From Antedon mediterranea (taxonomy: Eukaryota; Animalia; Echinodermata): DNA of 64,000 nt. The stretch lies in contig NC_092675.1 in NCBI RefSeq assembly GCF_964355755.1, forward strand, positions 5,079,812-5,143,811. Direction: 5' to 3'. Numbering within the stretch: position 1 is the first letter of the stretch; each line of letters opens with the position of its first letter. The translations under genes and the position numbers were made by a program. Under the pieces are notes generated by a model that was given only the letters and a program-made list of their open reading frames with translations, was not told the DNA's origin and searched no databases. Positions 13,823 through 27,980 of the stretch are shown in pieces.

Positions 13823-16800
13823 ATTCTTAAGTAAGATATTTAATTATATTTATTTATGTTTGTTTATGACTTAAGGAAATAATTGTTATTTTTAATTGAT
13901 TTTATACTTGTTAACGGTTTTTCAAATAAAAATTCTTGTCATGCACATAAAATTATATAAAAGAAAGTTAGGCATAACCGGGCTTAATTTCTCCGATAGT
14001 TCCGGTGTTATATTACAATCATCGACAATATTTGTTGTTTTAAGGGTATAATATTAAAGTATAGCATATATATGTTTGTATGTATAAAAGTAATATCCGA
14101 AGGCCGGCAAAGTTGTAATTTAAAAAACAAAAACAATATTACGGTTACCAACAAATCTATGCTTTCAGTACCTGTTGTTAAAAATCTTATAACTGATAAT
14201 AATGATTGTATGAATAATTTCCAATGTAAAATATAGTGAAGTATGACTTTGTAATAATGAACAGTTGGTATCTATTCGGTTGATGGTGTACACAAAGAGT
14301 TCATTGAAAAAAAACGAGGTCTAAATTAAAAATGTTAACGGCGAACGATAACGCTTTATTATTATTGACTTTTGTGGAAAAGTTGGTTCAGACATATTTC
14401 GTCGAGATGTGTTATTAATCTTCAGGACCTACCCGGAACGTTCAATCTAAAGAGAGATTATAGGAACGTGCTTACTGTGAATCTAGCATTCAGTTTTTGA
14501 TATATTACTCAGATCGCACCCTCTCTCCACATAATTGAATAACGATAATTGGTAACTCACAACACGTTCAAATCATGAGAAAGGAAATCTCTATAAGATA
14601 TGGAGATCTGTTCCGTCACGCCGTTAATGGGCCCTCTGGGCAGTAAACTAGCACTATTGTTCCAAAATCTTACTAACCCCAAAACCTGTGAACTAAATTT
14701 TCAACAGAAAGTAAACAAAATTGAATATTTATGAAGAGTAAACAATTTTAAAGAAAAGTGACACTCTCTTGTTCTTGGATTTGTCGATTCAACGGAGCCG
14801 AGTTGAATATTATTTCCCCACAGTTCAAAGAATAAACAAATTGTTCTGTAGTTCAACTTTGATTCAATAAATCCGCCATAATGTGTTACTTTTGACCGCA
14901 AAGTTCAATATTATTAGACAGTCGCGTGCAATATTCATGCCGTTGCGCCACACAACAATCCCTAACGTTTACATAAAGCTGACCGTGCAATAGTAAATAA
15001 ATATAGTTTAATCGTTGAAATAAAAGAAACTAATGCACAGGACGTGATACAAAGGCAGCCAATAAAATGGCAAAGAAAACATACTCATGTGCTAAATGAA
15101 CATTCAACACGTCGTCTTGTTTATTGATAGTTTTATTACAATCTATAAGTATACATAATCATTGTTCGAACATTCCTCCAATCCCAATTCTATCAATTTC
15201 AGTGTAAGTTACTAACGTGTTGTATAGAATTATATGATATATGCATTTAATGCGAACTTATCCAGAACATTTCAGTCTTTACCACGATCCGGAGATCAAT
15301 TTGTCGTATCTTACTTCATATGCTATCAGTCAGAGTTCTGTTCTTGCAATTTGATTCTCTGTCTGAGAAAGGTAGGAACCACTACATTAAGCTCTTCTAA
15401 TGCTGATTTATTTGACAAACATCTTTCCTATTTTGTGTGCACATGTGAATGCTATGTAAACCGCCCTTTATGTTCTTTCGACATAGTCTTGTGGGTTGGA
15501 AAGGATTTTAGATTTTAGAAAGAATGATTTTATTGTACGTAATTATAAGCACCAGTTCCACAAACAATATTAAATCACACAAGTTAGGCCTATAGTTTTT
15601 TATTTTTAATTCGGGACACATTTAACACAACAATAATAAAACAACAACAACAACAATATTAATTACTTAATTAATGCATATGTAGCAGGAACGAAGTAAG
15701 TGGATGAATCGGATACAAGCTCGTGTAGTCAAGATTTAAAGAGACAATATAATAATTAAAGCAAAACAAAACAAATCAACAATGAAGTCGGGGTGTTTGT
15801 GAATGGGTATACATATAGATGTTTAACACATGGATCAATTCTTAAGATCTTAAGACAAAATAATATTTGATAGAGAAATACCGTTAACTGTTTTCTTCTG
15901 ATGAATTGTTAGGTTATTGTCGTAAAATGTAAATTTTACTGGTATTAATAACGACTTTTTGGAACCATAAATCTATCAAAAGGTCTAAAATAAACATTAT
16001 TGTCACTGATTAGGATACGCTTACAAGAGTACGTTTACCAGTTATTTAACTATTTTACTGCAATTAAGATTGAAATTGAAGTTGAACCATAAGTGCTTTT
16101 CATTCATTTATAAGACCAGCTAAGATCGGATAAAATGATATACCTTGGGTCAAACTTAAAGTCTTTCTGACTTATATGACCCCCCACTTCATTACTTCAT
16201 TGTATTTATTATCTTGTATGTTATGTTATTATATTGTGGAAATAGATTACATTGAAATTGAAATTCATATTGTTAATTTTTCATTAGTATGGATTCATAC
16301 CTATCCATTATATCCATATTGATACAAAAAAAGTCAATATAAATCCCTTAGAATCTTCCTTTGATATAATTTTATCGAAGATTTTGGTAATGTAAGATGT
16401 GTTATACAATCTACAATCAATGTAATAATTTTGTTTTGTTTTTTTGTGTTGTATTGCCTGGTGATGTATATAATGGCTAATTTTTCGATTGACCTTCGTA
16501 CATTTTATTTATGACAAAGACAAGATACCCATTCTTTGTGAACTAAAATGATATAAAAGGGCCGGCTGTAATCGATTGTTGAATATGACATTGTGGATAT
16601 GTTTCTATAAACGAAGCAATAGTACGATTATCGGGTAAGGTGCGTACTAAAGTTAGAATTGTTTGTTTTATAATAAGGAATGCAATTTGACAGTGTTATT
16701 GTATCTTACATGTACCTAAGTGAACTGATACCGTACGCAAACTGAAATATTATTTTTTATTTGCTGGTTTGAATCTTTTATTAGTAACTAAACCGTCAAT

Positions 16801-18711
16801 TTATGTTGTTTCTTATAACATTTTTTTTTAAATAAAAAATATCTCAATTATAAAATGTATACAAAACTTTTTAATTTGTTCTTTATTCTAAATGTAAATC
16901 GATTGTTTTGTTCACCGATTTTTTTTCTTTAATAGTTATGCACGCTAATGGTTGTGGAATTTGTTTTAGTATAATTAATCATAAAATATACAAATAGCTC
17001 AATGGATAAACGGTTTGATAATACATCAAGAGCTAAATCAATTTCAGCTACAACTCAACTAAACCCAAATCATTATCAATGCGCATTATTCAGGGATTTA
17101 AAGAAAATCGTCCCCTCTTTTCGCAGCATTTACACCACTTTAAAACTAATACCTCAGATACAGTTACTGATGGAAATGCATAGACTAAACGAAAGAGTGT
17201 TGAAAATCAAAGGCTGTAGTTTAACTCAAATAATGTCAGGTAAAAGCCTGTAAGACTTAGTCACAAGCCGACGTAATTCTCACCCAAAGTCTACAAATAA
17301 TCCTTGTAGAAGATAAACTAGAAAGTCTGTTTTATGTTCTATCCACTTTCCCCTGACATGAGAACAAATAATACTAGTAAAACCGTATCAAATTTGTACT
17401 TAATTGCTATTTGTGTTCCTTGTTATCATAAATTGTCAGTTTTCCCTAATCCTCCTTAATGTAACAAGAATGACGCTTAATGGGCCGTCATGTTTTACGT
17501 TAAAAATTATCAAACAGCCAGGCTAATTTCAGAGCACAGCTTTGTAGCCATGTCAAGACAAAAATAAGGTTGGTATTTTCCAGTGACAGGAGGAAGTGTT
17601 GGACTTGAAATTTGTTTTTTTTAAATATATAAACGAATATTGGATTAATTCTGCAGTTAATTGAAATCAATGAATGTAAAGCTCCCATAATCAAATGCAA
17701 TGTCAACAACGCGACGGTAAAATATCCACAACGAGTTATAGCTTGTAAAACCTTTCATTTTTAATGAAACGTAAAAGTTAAGACATATGTTGAAATGAGT
17801 AAATCGTAAATCTATTTCAATTTCGACAATGGCTTATCGATGAACGTTTAACGATCACTTCGAATAATTACAAGGTGCTTTTTTCCAATACTTGTTTTTG
17901 TAATTTTCTAAGTTGGTTTTTCGCATCTCTGAAAGCTGACGTCATCGAATTATGTAGGCCTATACCGAAACAAAAGCTTATTGAAAAAATGTGATACATT
18001 AAATGAATGCATTTGTTAAGTGAATGTTATACTACAAAATATTTGTTTTTATATATTTTATAATTGCGACATCCAAAAAGGTTGAATAAGTCCTGGTGTT
18101 TCAATAAATGAAACAAAAACGTGATTATAATGGAAGAAAATCATTAGAGTAAAACAATCAATTTTGATTTTTTTTATTATGGACTGTTTAAATCATAATA
18201 CAAAACAACGATATAGCGCAGAATGTATTTGAGCATGCGCAGAAAGACTTTTTGACTGGACCGTGCTGCGTATAGTCATGGTACCTCATGAAAATGAAAG
18301 GATTGTCTGTTGATATATTGTTTTTTATGTGCACTTCTTATAGTAAAGATTTGAAAGAAACGTACAAAATAACTTATAATTTAGTTCTATGATTTAAGAA
18401 AGAATTGGTTCTAAATTGCCATACTAGTACAAACTATAAAAGACTTTTATTTTGCTGGATTATGATTAGGCCTACCATAAAAGTATATTATTCTTGTCTA
18501 TTTACTTGCGTGTATGGTTTACTGTACGAGGAAGCATAATATTTTATAATGTCACATAGCTTTTTATTTTACTTCATTAGTAATTAGGCCATGGGTATTT
18601 CTGCTTGTACTCATTTAGACTGGTTTATCCTAAGACAAGTACTATATACAGACTCAATTCCACAATTTGAAAATACACAGATCTGTATATAAATGCTCGT
18701 TGACAAGGATT

Positions 18712-18830
18712 GGACGCAACGACGTAAACGCAACTGAAGAAATTTGACCAATCACAAGTGTTGGATTATTTGAACTGGCCTTGTGACTTTTCAAATCTCC
18801 TGCGTTGTGCGTCCTAGTGTAAACTAAGTT
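18712..18830. mobile_element. Degenerate copy of the Harbinger-type MITE family seen at 45508
   Basis: Shares gcaacgacgtaaacgcaac...ttgaccaatcacaag and the right end gtcctagtgtaaactaagtt; other fragments at ~11711 and ~53555-53617. Confidence 0.65.
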
Positions 18831-19404
18831 TAACGTATTATTTAAAAACAATTACAACACAAACTAAAGTTACTAAAAATGTAATCCGGTTAGATAATCA
18901 GCGCACGTGTGTAAGCCAACATATCATAGTTAGAAAATGTAGGCCCATAGTTTTAATAAATCAAATCACACTTTCTTCTTCTAACCTTTAAAGCGGAAAT
19001 GGAAGTAGCTAATTGAACGAGTGAGAACAGATGAAAATATATCAATTTTGAAATGACATGTTAATAAATAATTTAGGTGATTGCAAAGAAGTTGTGACAT
19101 TAACCATCATAATAAGAAATAAAATTGCGAATAATATTGCTACAGAAATGTAGTTGTTTAGTCAGTCGTATGCCGAATTAACTGAACAATTCACCTTTCC
19201 ATATACAATTGAAAACTTAAATCTTCAACGATTCCTTAATCTGCTTTAAAATGTTTCTTGCATCAATAGAATAAAAACACCACACCACATTAAATTTCTA
19301 TTTTTAAATCCGCCTGGTAAAACGTCATCTATAGGCCTAGGCCTATTGATTCGAACCTATAAACTATTGTTTACAGGAAGAATATCCTTTAACTAAACCT
19401 TAAT

Positions 19405-19558
19405 TGAAATCTGTCAGGCAACTTCCACCAGTGTCTTCAAATCTCTCTTCAAAACCCACCTTTTGAATTTTGAATTTTCTAAATTTTTCTGTCTATGTAA
19501 AGCTCACTGAGGCTTTCAGCATAAGGCGCTATATCAAGTACCAGTTATTATTATTATT
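19405..19558 (+). mobile_element. L2-clade LINE 3' remnant
   Basis: Encodes FKSLFKTHL (typical L2 ORF2 C-terminus), then tgtaaagc...ggcgctatatcaagt tail and (tta)n. Confidence 0.6.
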
Positions 19559-20940
19559 AACTAAGCAAGCCGATGTAATGTACCATTATTATCTAGGTTA
19601 TTATAGGCCTACATTATTAATTATTGTGAAAAAAAATATTTAAAATATAATGATATATTTCTAGAAAATACAATAATAATAAAATCTAACAACTCATTTT
19701 CTAACAAAGATATGAGAAAATCAATTGCATTGTACATTTGTTACCCCTCTGACTACGAATCTTACTTGGTCATACAAAACCAGTCTTATTTTGATTATGT
19801 GAGACAAATTCCATCAACTGAGTGTCAGATTTAGAAATAGAAATCATTAGGTTATACTAGTTTCCATCCATCGTTACAAAAAATGATTTTACTTGACTTG
19901 CAAATATTATTTGATACATCCAAGTTGTAGCCTTAACATGTATTGGGATTTATACATGCACTATTTGTAAAGAATATTAAATGTATGGACGTATACCCAT
20001 GAACAGATCACATACACATTATATTTTTACCTTAAAAACTTTCTATTGCTAAAATATTGTAAGCCCGTGATGTACCGTGTCATTTGTGATGATGTTAATA
20101 TAAAATGTATTGATAGTGTGAGTGATCAATTGTCTAATAAATAAGAATAGAAATTGAGTATTAACGATGGACGTTTAATGATATATGTACTCATCATAAA
20201 GTAATTAGGCAGTCATGTTGCCAAAACATTAACATATTGAATGTGACAAATCGATTGAATGTCCAAATATAACCATAAAGAAATATGTACATTTGATTAT
20301 ATATCATTCGAAACATAATTCTCGGTGACGGCGTATATAATGCAAGACATACCGATAAGGTAATTCACTGATTTGGCTGGGTACAAACATAGGCCTACCT
20401 CCTGAAGTGACGACAAGAGTGTGTGGGGCATTGTTGCTCTGTCCGCTTATTCTCGTGTATTTCTGAATTTTTGTTGCAAATGAGAACGGGGATCGGTAAT
20501 TATTTAAGAGTAAAACTAAACTCGAGTCATAACGGAGGTGAAGTTCAGTATTATGGTTCTTTAATCGCTACGCTTCAACCTTAATAAATAATGCACATTG
20601 TATTATAATGGATCACGTTATATGAATAATGCTTATTTGAGTTTATAAAAACATTGCCTTGCAAGTGGGTATACATGATTCGACATAACTCCCACCCCCC
20701 ACCCCCCACCTCCCACCCTCCTCAAACCCTCATTGCCTTAAAAAAAAAAAAACCTACGTTATACCATTTCCACCATAGACATATTTACATATTTGTGTGT
20801 ACTTGTCAGGTGTGAGTGCAACAAAACTTGTTAATTATGGATTTTTAAAATGATCAACATTATAAACTTACATAATGTACAAAATCCAATTGCCCGAAAC
20901 TGTTAACGATATTATAAAATTAAATAGAATCACAGCTTAC

Positions 20941-21232
20941 CGTTTTTGGTCGACGTATCTGCCTGTAGCCCGGAGCTGATGCAGGGTGTTAGTACGGACG
21001 GCTTCAAGTGTGGCTTGTCCGGTCCCAATTTATTGCTTTCTTTTCTACGGACATCCCCAAAATCGTTGGATGATACACACAGTAAATGGTCATAACGAAG
21101 AGGTCGAAATCCGAATTCTCTAGATCCTTGCCACCTCACCTGTCTGCCATTATATCGAACTGGTCCCGGATCCATCGTGAACGTTTTCGTCGCGCCGTCG
21201 GCTGAATCCTTTTGAACTGGAGATGAACACAT
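20941..21232 (-). CDS. Candidate distal alternative first coding exon (MCSSPVQKDSADG...STKN)
   Basis: GC-richer island, 97 open codons +1 nt from ATG 21232 to a GTAAG donor at 20940-20936. Same phase (1) as the 1479..1656 exon. Product not recognised. Confidence 0.4.
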
Positions 21233-22529
21233 TGGTTAATAATGGTTGTGAACGAATAGCAAACTGACAGTACAAACATGCAGGCAAATCGCTTAAGAAT
21301 TGTTTCTTGATCGTTCAATCAACAATATTATAATATAAAGCCAGCGTAAATGTTAATAGCCGTATAATCATAGCAGATCATATACTGCACAATACGGACA
21401 AGCCATATGTTTGCGTACATTAAAATGAATAACTGTGTAGTAAATAAACCTCAAATAAGTTAAGGATTTCGGGGGATACAATCATGACATGGCTGAGTAC
21501 GCAATGACAGCGAGTTAAATTAGGTGTGTAACATATAAAAGCTACTGAACTACATAACAATTCAATACCTGACACATTAATATATTCTCCGATCCATCTT
21601 CGACCTCTTACATTTTGTTTGTGTCAAACACAGTTTGTTTATCTGTTGTAACAGGTGTATTATTCAAATTAAAAAGACAAAGGTTAGGCCTATAAAAACA
21701 GGTATTATTCAAATTATAAAGACAAAGGAAAACACGAACAAGAACATAAGTAGACTCATTAGACACGTTAGGTTTGATCACAGGGGGATGGTGTACCCAC
21801 ATCATGAATTTAATATTTAGTCACCATGGCACGGTACAAACGTGAGTCAAGACCTGGACCTAAGAACAATGGACAAAATGTGTTACTCCACCAATCTGAA
21901 GCCTCAGTACGCCCACCAATGTGCTAAAACTATAAGTAAGAAGTTTTCTACTATCGATTAAGAATTTTAATCTAGATATGCCAACATTACAATAAGTTAA
22001 TGCAATAGTTTAAGCCGATTTATCCTTATTAAAGATAGTACCGTATCACACAGCCAAACATACCGTAATTTTAGAATTCCTGTCCTAGTCAGTATTAAAA
22101 TTATTATGAGCGTCCAGTAGACAAAATTAATATTTAATGTTAATCATTTAATTTTAATAATGCAATACGCATTATTGATTCCAACAATATGGGAACCAGT
22201 GCTTTATATTTAAATGTTGTAGAATTTAAATATGTTATTCAATTAATCAACTCTTTTCAATCGTATACATTAGGCCTATGTATTCACAAAGTAATATCTA
22301 TACCAGTAAGTTTTCATACGATTACGCGCATACATAACAGTATGTTCATGATAATAAAATAAGATAAATGGTAAAAATATAGACCTATGGTGTTAGAGTC
22401 TATACTCTATCAAATGAATTAGGTGTGTTTCATCAGTGGCCTATTAAACGCGTGTATACCACTTTTTCAACTCTTATTGGAGCCTAAAACAAGAATTATA
22501 AAGGAATCTTTTAATTTTAAGCAACGGCT

Positions 22530-22890
22530 CTGATCTGACACATTTTGTTAAAGCATTTGATCGTATTATTTAAACAATGCTCACAACACGTCTTGATTCT
22601 GCTTTTGAGGAGGGCTAGTTGGGTGTTTCGCATCAGTGACTTTAAGGAGTTGTCTTAAACCATCTGTTCCTTGTTTAATTGCTTCCTATCTCCTGTCTTT
22701 TCTCTTCAATATATCAAATATATTTTATCATTTATTTCTGGTTTTTTTCTTTAGTATGTTTTGTTTATATTTATTATTATTATTTATTTTTATTTTATTT
22801 TAAATTGTTGTTATATGTCATGACTGTCTTGGTTTGAGGGTCTCTAGCTTCGGCTGGATAGACCACCCTTATTAAAAATATTGTTGAAAT
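22530..22890 (+). mobile_element. Degenerate LINE 3' end
   Basis: T-rich tract, then stem-loop gagggt...accctt, then (aaaat)n tail. Tail resembles that of the SINE at 57790-58010. Confidence 0.4.
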
Positions 22891-23124
22891 AAAATAAATA
22901 AAATAAAAACGATGATATTGATATTACCCATTTCGTGGAGTTATACTTGTTTATCTAGAAGTTCTTGTCTCATCGGTTTAAGCCTAACTTTCAGAGGCCT
23001 ATGATAAGTTTTATTTATTTGTTATACTTATGATGTCCAGCCTTAATTTGTTCTGTATTTTTTGTGGCATTATTGAAATAATTCCTATAGTAAATTGTAT
23101 TTTTTACAGTGCAGAAAATAATTT

Positions 23125-23381
23125 TAAACTTGAAGAAATGTCCGAATAGCATGTACAATGTCAAAGTATGTACATTATGTAACATATAATTTAGGATCTG
23201 GACAATTTGACAGAATCAAATTGTGGTTTTAAACAATTACTACAAAACAATAACAGAAAATTAAACTTGAGGAATTGTCCGAATAGCATGTACAATGTCA
23301 AAGTGTGTACGTTATGTAACAGAAGATGTAGGATCTGGACAATTTTACAGAATCAACTTGCGGTTTTAAACAATTACAACA
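23125..23381. repeat. Tandem duplication of ~136 bp (2 diverged copies)
   Basis: taaacttga.gaa.tgtccgaatagcatgtacaatgtcaaagt...ggatctggacaattt.acagaatcaa...ggttttaaacaattac occurs twice. Confidence 0.9.
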
Positions 23382-25624
23382 TTTACTAGTAACACTTAAC
23401 ATGTTATAATTAATCAGTTTGATTGATGGTATATTTGTTTTCTTTTTTACTTTGGATAAGTACATCATCAACTGGATGTCAAACATAAAGGAATAACGAC
23501 TTTTTTTACATGATGAGGAGGTACATGCCTTATTGCACTTAAAATAAGGTCATGACCCAGATTCAAACTAATTTAGAATCCATTTTCATGATTTTGTTTT
23601 TGGAAGACTTGAAACGCGTCACTTCAATGATGCATCATATCTAAATCTTTCTACTTTGTAAAGTAATTAGATCTTTATTTTTTTTTACAAAATTTTATTT
23701 TGACGATCTTTTTAAATGTTTACTCTGTGATTGTCTTGTAAATAAAATCAGATGAGCAACATTTCTTTGTTCCAAAAATGATTTCCAGGGATATAGAAAG
23801 CTAAGGTACCACAAATAGGCCTATATGTTTGCAGTGTATTGAAGAACTATACTAATTTAGGCCTATTGGAAATTACGTGTGCGATCATGTGTCTTTATAA
23901 AAATTGTTTATCTTAATTATTTTATGTTCAGATATTTTTGATATTCGTACATATTGTCTTAGCTATATTCTTTGCATTATGTCAATATTTATATTCACAC
24001 TTAAGCCTGTTTTCACGCGAATTTACACTGTAAATATATTTTATAAATATAATTATATGAAAATAATATATAATATAATATAATAAAATAATATATATAA
24101 TGTTGTATTGTATTATTATAAAACTTTGTATTGCCCTTGTTTGTATTCTATATATAGTCAATGTACAGACCCTATGGGAAAACAGCCTAATAGGTTCCCA
24201 TGAGATCAATACTTAATTACAAATGCAAAATTATTAGCAGCCATTACTACAACTGGCTGATATTTTAAAGTGATGTGGAATTTTATGTCATAAACCTGGT
24301 TCAGTAACGTACAACGAGAACAATTTACTGATGATGAAGCCTACACAGTGCTTGTAAATCAGTCATCGTGCGCTACTAAACAATCAATGCACTTACAAAA
24401 TAATCAAACAACCAAGTAAAAGCCCTGTATTAAAGTATTTGACGCGTGCAATAGTGTGAAATAATCAAAGTGAATATGCATGCGCAAATATAGTGCGTAT
24501 TGATTAAAAACGTACAGTATATCATGGGTTAATAATAATAACAATTTATTTGGAAGCTACATTTTTTAAACAGTGGCACACTTTTTGAATGAAAGTGCGT
24601 TCAGAGTAAATAAAATAAAAGTTAAAGAAAAAAAAGCAATAGGCCTACTAATGAATTAAATAATATAATTCGAAAAAAATTAATGACATTTTTACAAAAG
24701 ATCAAAACAACTATACTCAATTATTACATAATTAAATATTAAAAAAAAACCGTAACACGAGAGAACACCTTTAAAGTTCAAATAAAACTTTATTGATATC
24801 AAGTCAGTCAATGAAATACAGTAAATGCCTACAGATTTGACTAAGCTAAGCGCATTAAGCCTAAATCTAAATTAAACGCGTCAAAAAAGAGGGTACAAGC
24901 ATCGTGTGGAGCTTTGTGTTTAGACTCTAAACACTGTTTTTAGAGTGTGTAAGTCTTTGTTTTGCACCAATTATTGTCTTTGTGAATTCTTGTACTTTAT
25001 GAAAGTAAAATAAGGTATTTGTTAAATTAAACGGTACGTTACAAACAACATACTCGATTCAATTATTCGCCTCTGTAAAGCAATCAGTAACATTCGTTAT
25101 GGTTCAGTAATTGCGTTTACATTATCTTTTTTTTCAGGTTTTAGTCGATAGTGTTGAAATATATATTAGTTGTATTTTGGACTATTTGGAATCCCACAAA
25201 TAAACAGCAATTATTTCATTTACAAAGAGTATTAAAGTAGGCATAAACGATAATGCGCTTTTATAATCCAGTATGTTAATACATGGATTGGGTACATTTA
25301 CTTTACAACGCGCATAGACTTGTCATGAAGTTACGACTGTAAAGTGATTAACTGGCGCAGGTGTATATTTTGCGAATCATTATGTAAAGTGTTAACGCAA
25401 TAAGGTTGGATTACCAGCGACTGGGCTAAAATGCATTTATTGCAGGATACTATTATTTCATTATGTGCGCACATCTAAACGACTGACTACAATTCTATAA
25501 ATGAATTCCCAATAGCCACTTGATAGCTAACACAGACTATCTACAGAGTTTATCATGTTGTTGTACCTTATTTACTTTTGTTTATATTTGCAGTGAAGTA
25601 TAGGATTATATTTCTTAATAGTTA

Positions 25625-26095
25625 GTTTTTTTAAATTCTTAATGTATTTGATAAGGCTAAACAAACTACAAACTGCTGCTTCTATGTTCAGAGTGTCTAA
25701 TAATATTTTACCTTCTCACGTTATTAACCTTTTTAACAGAGCCTCTGAACGTCACAATTATAATACTAGATTTTCTTTTACAAATTATGTACCAAGTATT
25801 AAACGTCGCTCTATTCTTTATTATGGTCCAAATATATGGAATAAGCTCTCCGATAACTTGAAAAACAAATTCTCTTTAGTTTTAAACATTGCGTAAAGAA
25901 ATCTCTGGTCTCTGAATACAGCACTTAAGTTTCTGCAATCATTTTATTTATTTACTTTAATTTATACCTGGTATTTTTTACTTAATTTTATTTAATTTAT
26001 GGGCTCCTTCCATACAATGTATATAATTTCTTTTTTTCCCTCCATAAATTCATGTATTTTACGAGTGTGTGGAAAATAAAAAGATTACTGATTTA
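25625..26095 (+). mobile_element. CR1-group (Crack/Daphne-like) LINE 3' fragment, RT C-terminus pseudogene
   Basis: ORF 25642..25896 has HNYNTR...SILYYGPNIWNKL, characteristic of CR1-group ORF2 ends; followed by a structured 3' UTR and aataaa. Confidence 0.75.
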
Positions 26096-27695
26096 CTGAG
26101 CGGGGGTGGGGAGTTGGGTACTGATGGTGCCAAGACCGGTTGAAATTCTACAAAGCCCCTTCTTGTTTTGTTTTGAAAGCAGGAATGCAAATACTATAAA
26201 AATGTTATGTGTTTCTATATATAAAACGTATATAAGTCCACAAACACTTTTCCATTGGCTTAGAGCCTGCAAACATTTGAAGTTTGCGTTTACGTGGAAG
26301 ATTGTGATGCGTTACGAATCATTTCCGGGTGATTACAGAACTAACCAGAAAGCAGTCAGTTTTTATTATTTTCAATCACAATTCAGGAAATGTCCATTTA
26401 TGGAAAGATTTTAAAGTTTTCTTGTACTATTGCTATCTCGTAATAAATGAGCAACACCGTCGCTTTACAGACACGAAACATTAATTACAGACAAGAAATC
26501 TCTAGCGGCCTAGATTACACAACAGCACAATTTTGTAATGCGTTAATCAAAAATTTAATAATTTACATAATGTATAAGTTTGTAATTGATATAAAATGTG
26601 TTAAGCCGGAATTAAAAATAAAAATATATTAATTAAAAGCGAACACATATAGGTATAAAATTGCATATTAATATTCCTAAACGCCTTAAATGAAACGATT
26701 GTGTCGATCGAGTGCGATGTTGAGTATATTAAAGAAGATGCACCGTTAACAAACAAATTAAATAGGTCTAATTTAGCCTAATCTGTTATGTAAAGAAATT
26801 TAATTATCATCACATAGGCCATTGCATTTCAAATAACAATACAGAATCAGTATATTATTTCTACGTTGCTGTGATTGATTGTAGACTACTCTGAAGAAAA
26901 ACAAACGGTCTGCGACGAAACACGAACGGTTCGTGCTGCAGACATCCTTACAGTATTAATATCATGAGCACTATATTAGCCTACTTTATTCTCCTTCGAT
27001 GCGGTTTTTTCACATGAGATTATTCACTCAGAAAAGGTTTCCTTTTGAGCTTTTAGATAAACCTAGTGATACATTTTCTTACCAATAATTCCTCCCAGCA
27101 TATCCATATATTGATGCGTATATACTGTTTAAGTATACATATTTAAAATCGAAATTAAAAATATAAAAAGCACTGAATAATTTGATAATACTCATGTTTC
27201 AAAACATTGATCCATTTAAATGCTACTGAGCCAGGTTGAAGGTACGTTGCAATCATGATACACCGATTGCATGTATCATAAGCTCTCATATTGAAAATAA
27301 AAAGGTCTTCCGTGACATAAAAATGATAAAGATCTAAACATAGCAGCGTTCTTCTTTTATTGCTCCAAAAATAAAAGGCCTAAATGTCAACATAAACGTG
27401 GATTAATAATCAACGAATTATTGTTATCCAAATGAAATTGTTAGATGTTAATAAGTAGGCTACTTTACATGGTAAACCTTTTGGTGTGCATGGCAAATTC
27501 TCAAGATGGTTGTGCAAACAACCAAAACGTTTTTTTAAACAAAACATATAAGGTGTACCACAAACCTAACTTTAAAAAAAAGGCATGATTATATACAGGT
27601 TAATGTAATATTATGTAACATTTGCAGGGCCTCTTTTGGACCAAGTCAAACAGATAATTGCTTATAAAACAACAAATAAAAGTCGACTTCATTAA

Positions 27696-27980
27696 AAATG
27701 TATTGTCCCCCAAAACATGAAAAATGAAGATTAAATTAAATCAGACTTTGAATATGTTAGGCTATTTTGTAATGTAATAATATAATGGTTCAAAAAAAAA
27801 AAATCACTGGACTGGCAGCCAATTTGACCATTTTTTGCTTTCAATTAAAGTTTTTTTAGGTAAACAAATTTTTTTTTCCATCCAATTTTTGGTCAAAGTG
27901 GATAACTATTATGTTACATTAAAATGGCATATTCAACCAAAATTGTGTTAAGAATTATATTTTAGGGGTACAATACATCT
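27696..27980. mobile_element. Kolobok-like MITE with TTAA target-site duplication
   Basis: ttaa|aaatgtattgtcccc ... ggggtacaatacatct|ttaa: ~16 bp TIR flanked by TTAA. Related fragments at ~31845-32103 and ~34860-34910. Confidence 0.7.

Noticed and set aside
14561-14685. Internal minus-strand coding exon
   Set aside because: Has splice sites but is open only in phase 0-2, incompatible with the phase-1 upstream exon; no recognisable product.
21136-21318. Harbinger transposase remnant (RRKRSRWIRD; FRPLRYDHLL)
   Set aside because: Motifs are short, in different frames, and there are no DDE residues or TIRs; kept only as an alternative to the exon call.
24325-24370. Penelope-type hammerhead ribozyme (CTGATGA...)
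   Set aside because: GAAA core and stem I are not intact; the same applies to the hairpin at ~26890-26945.
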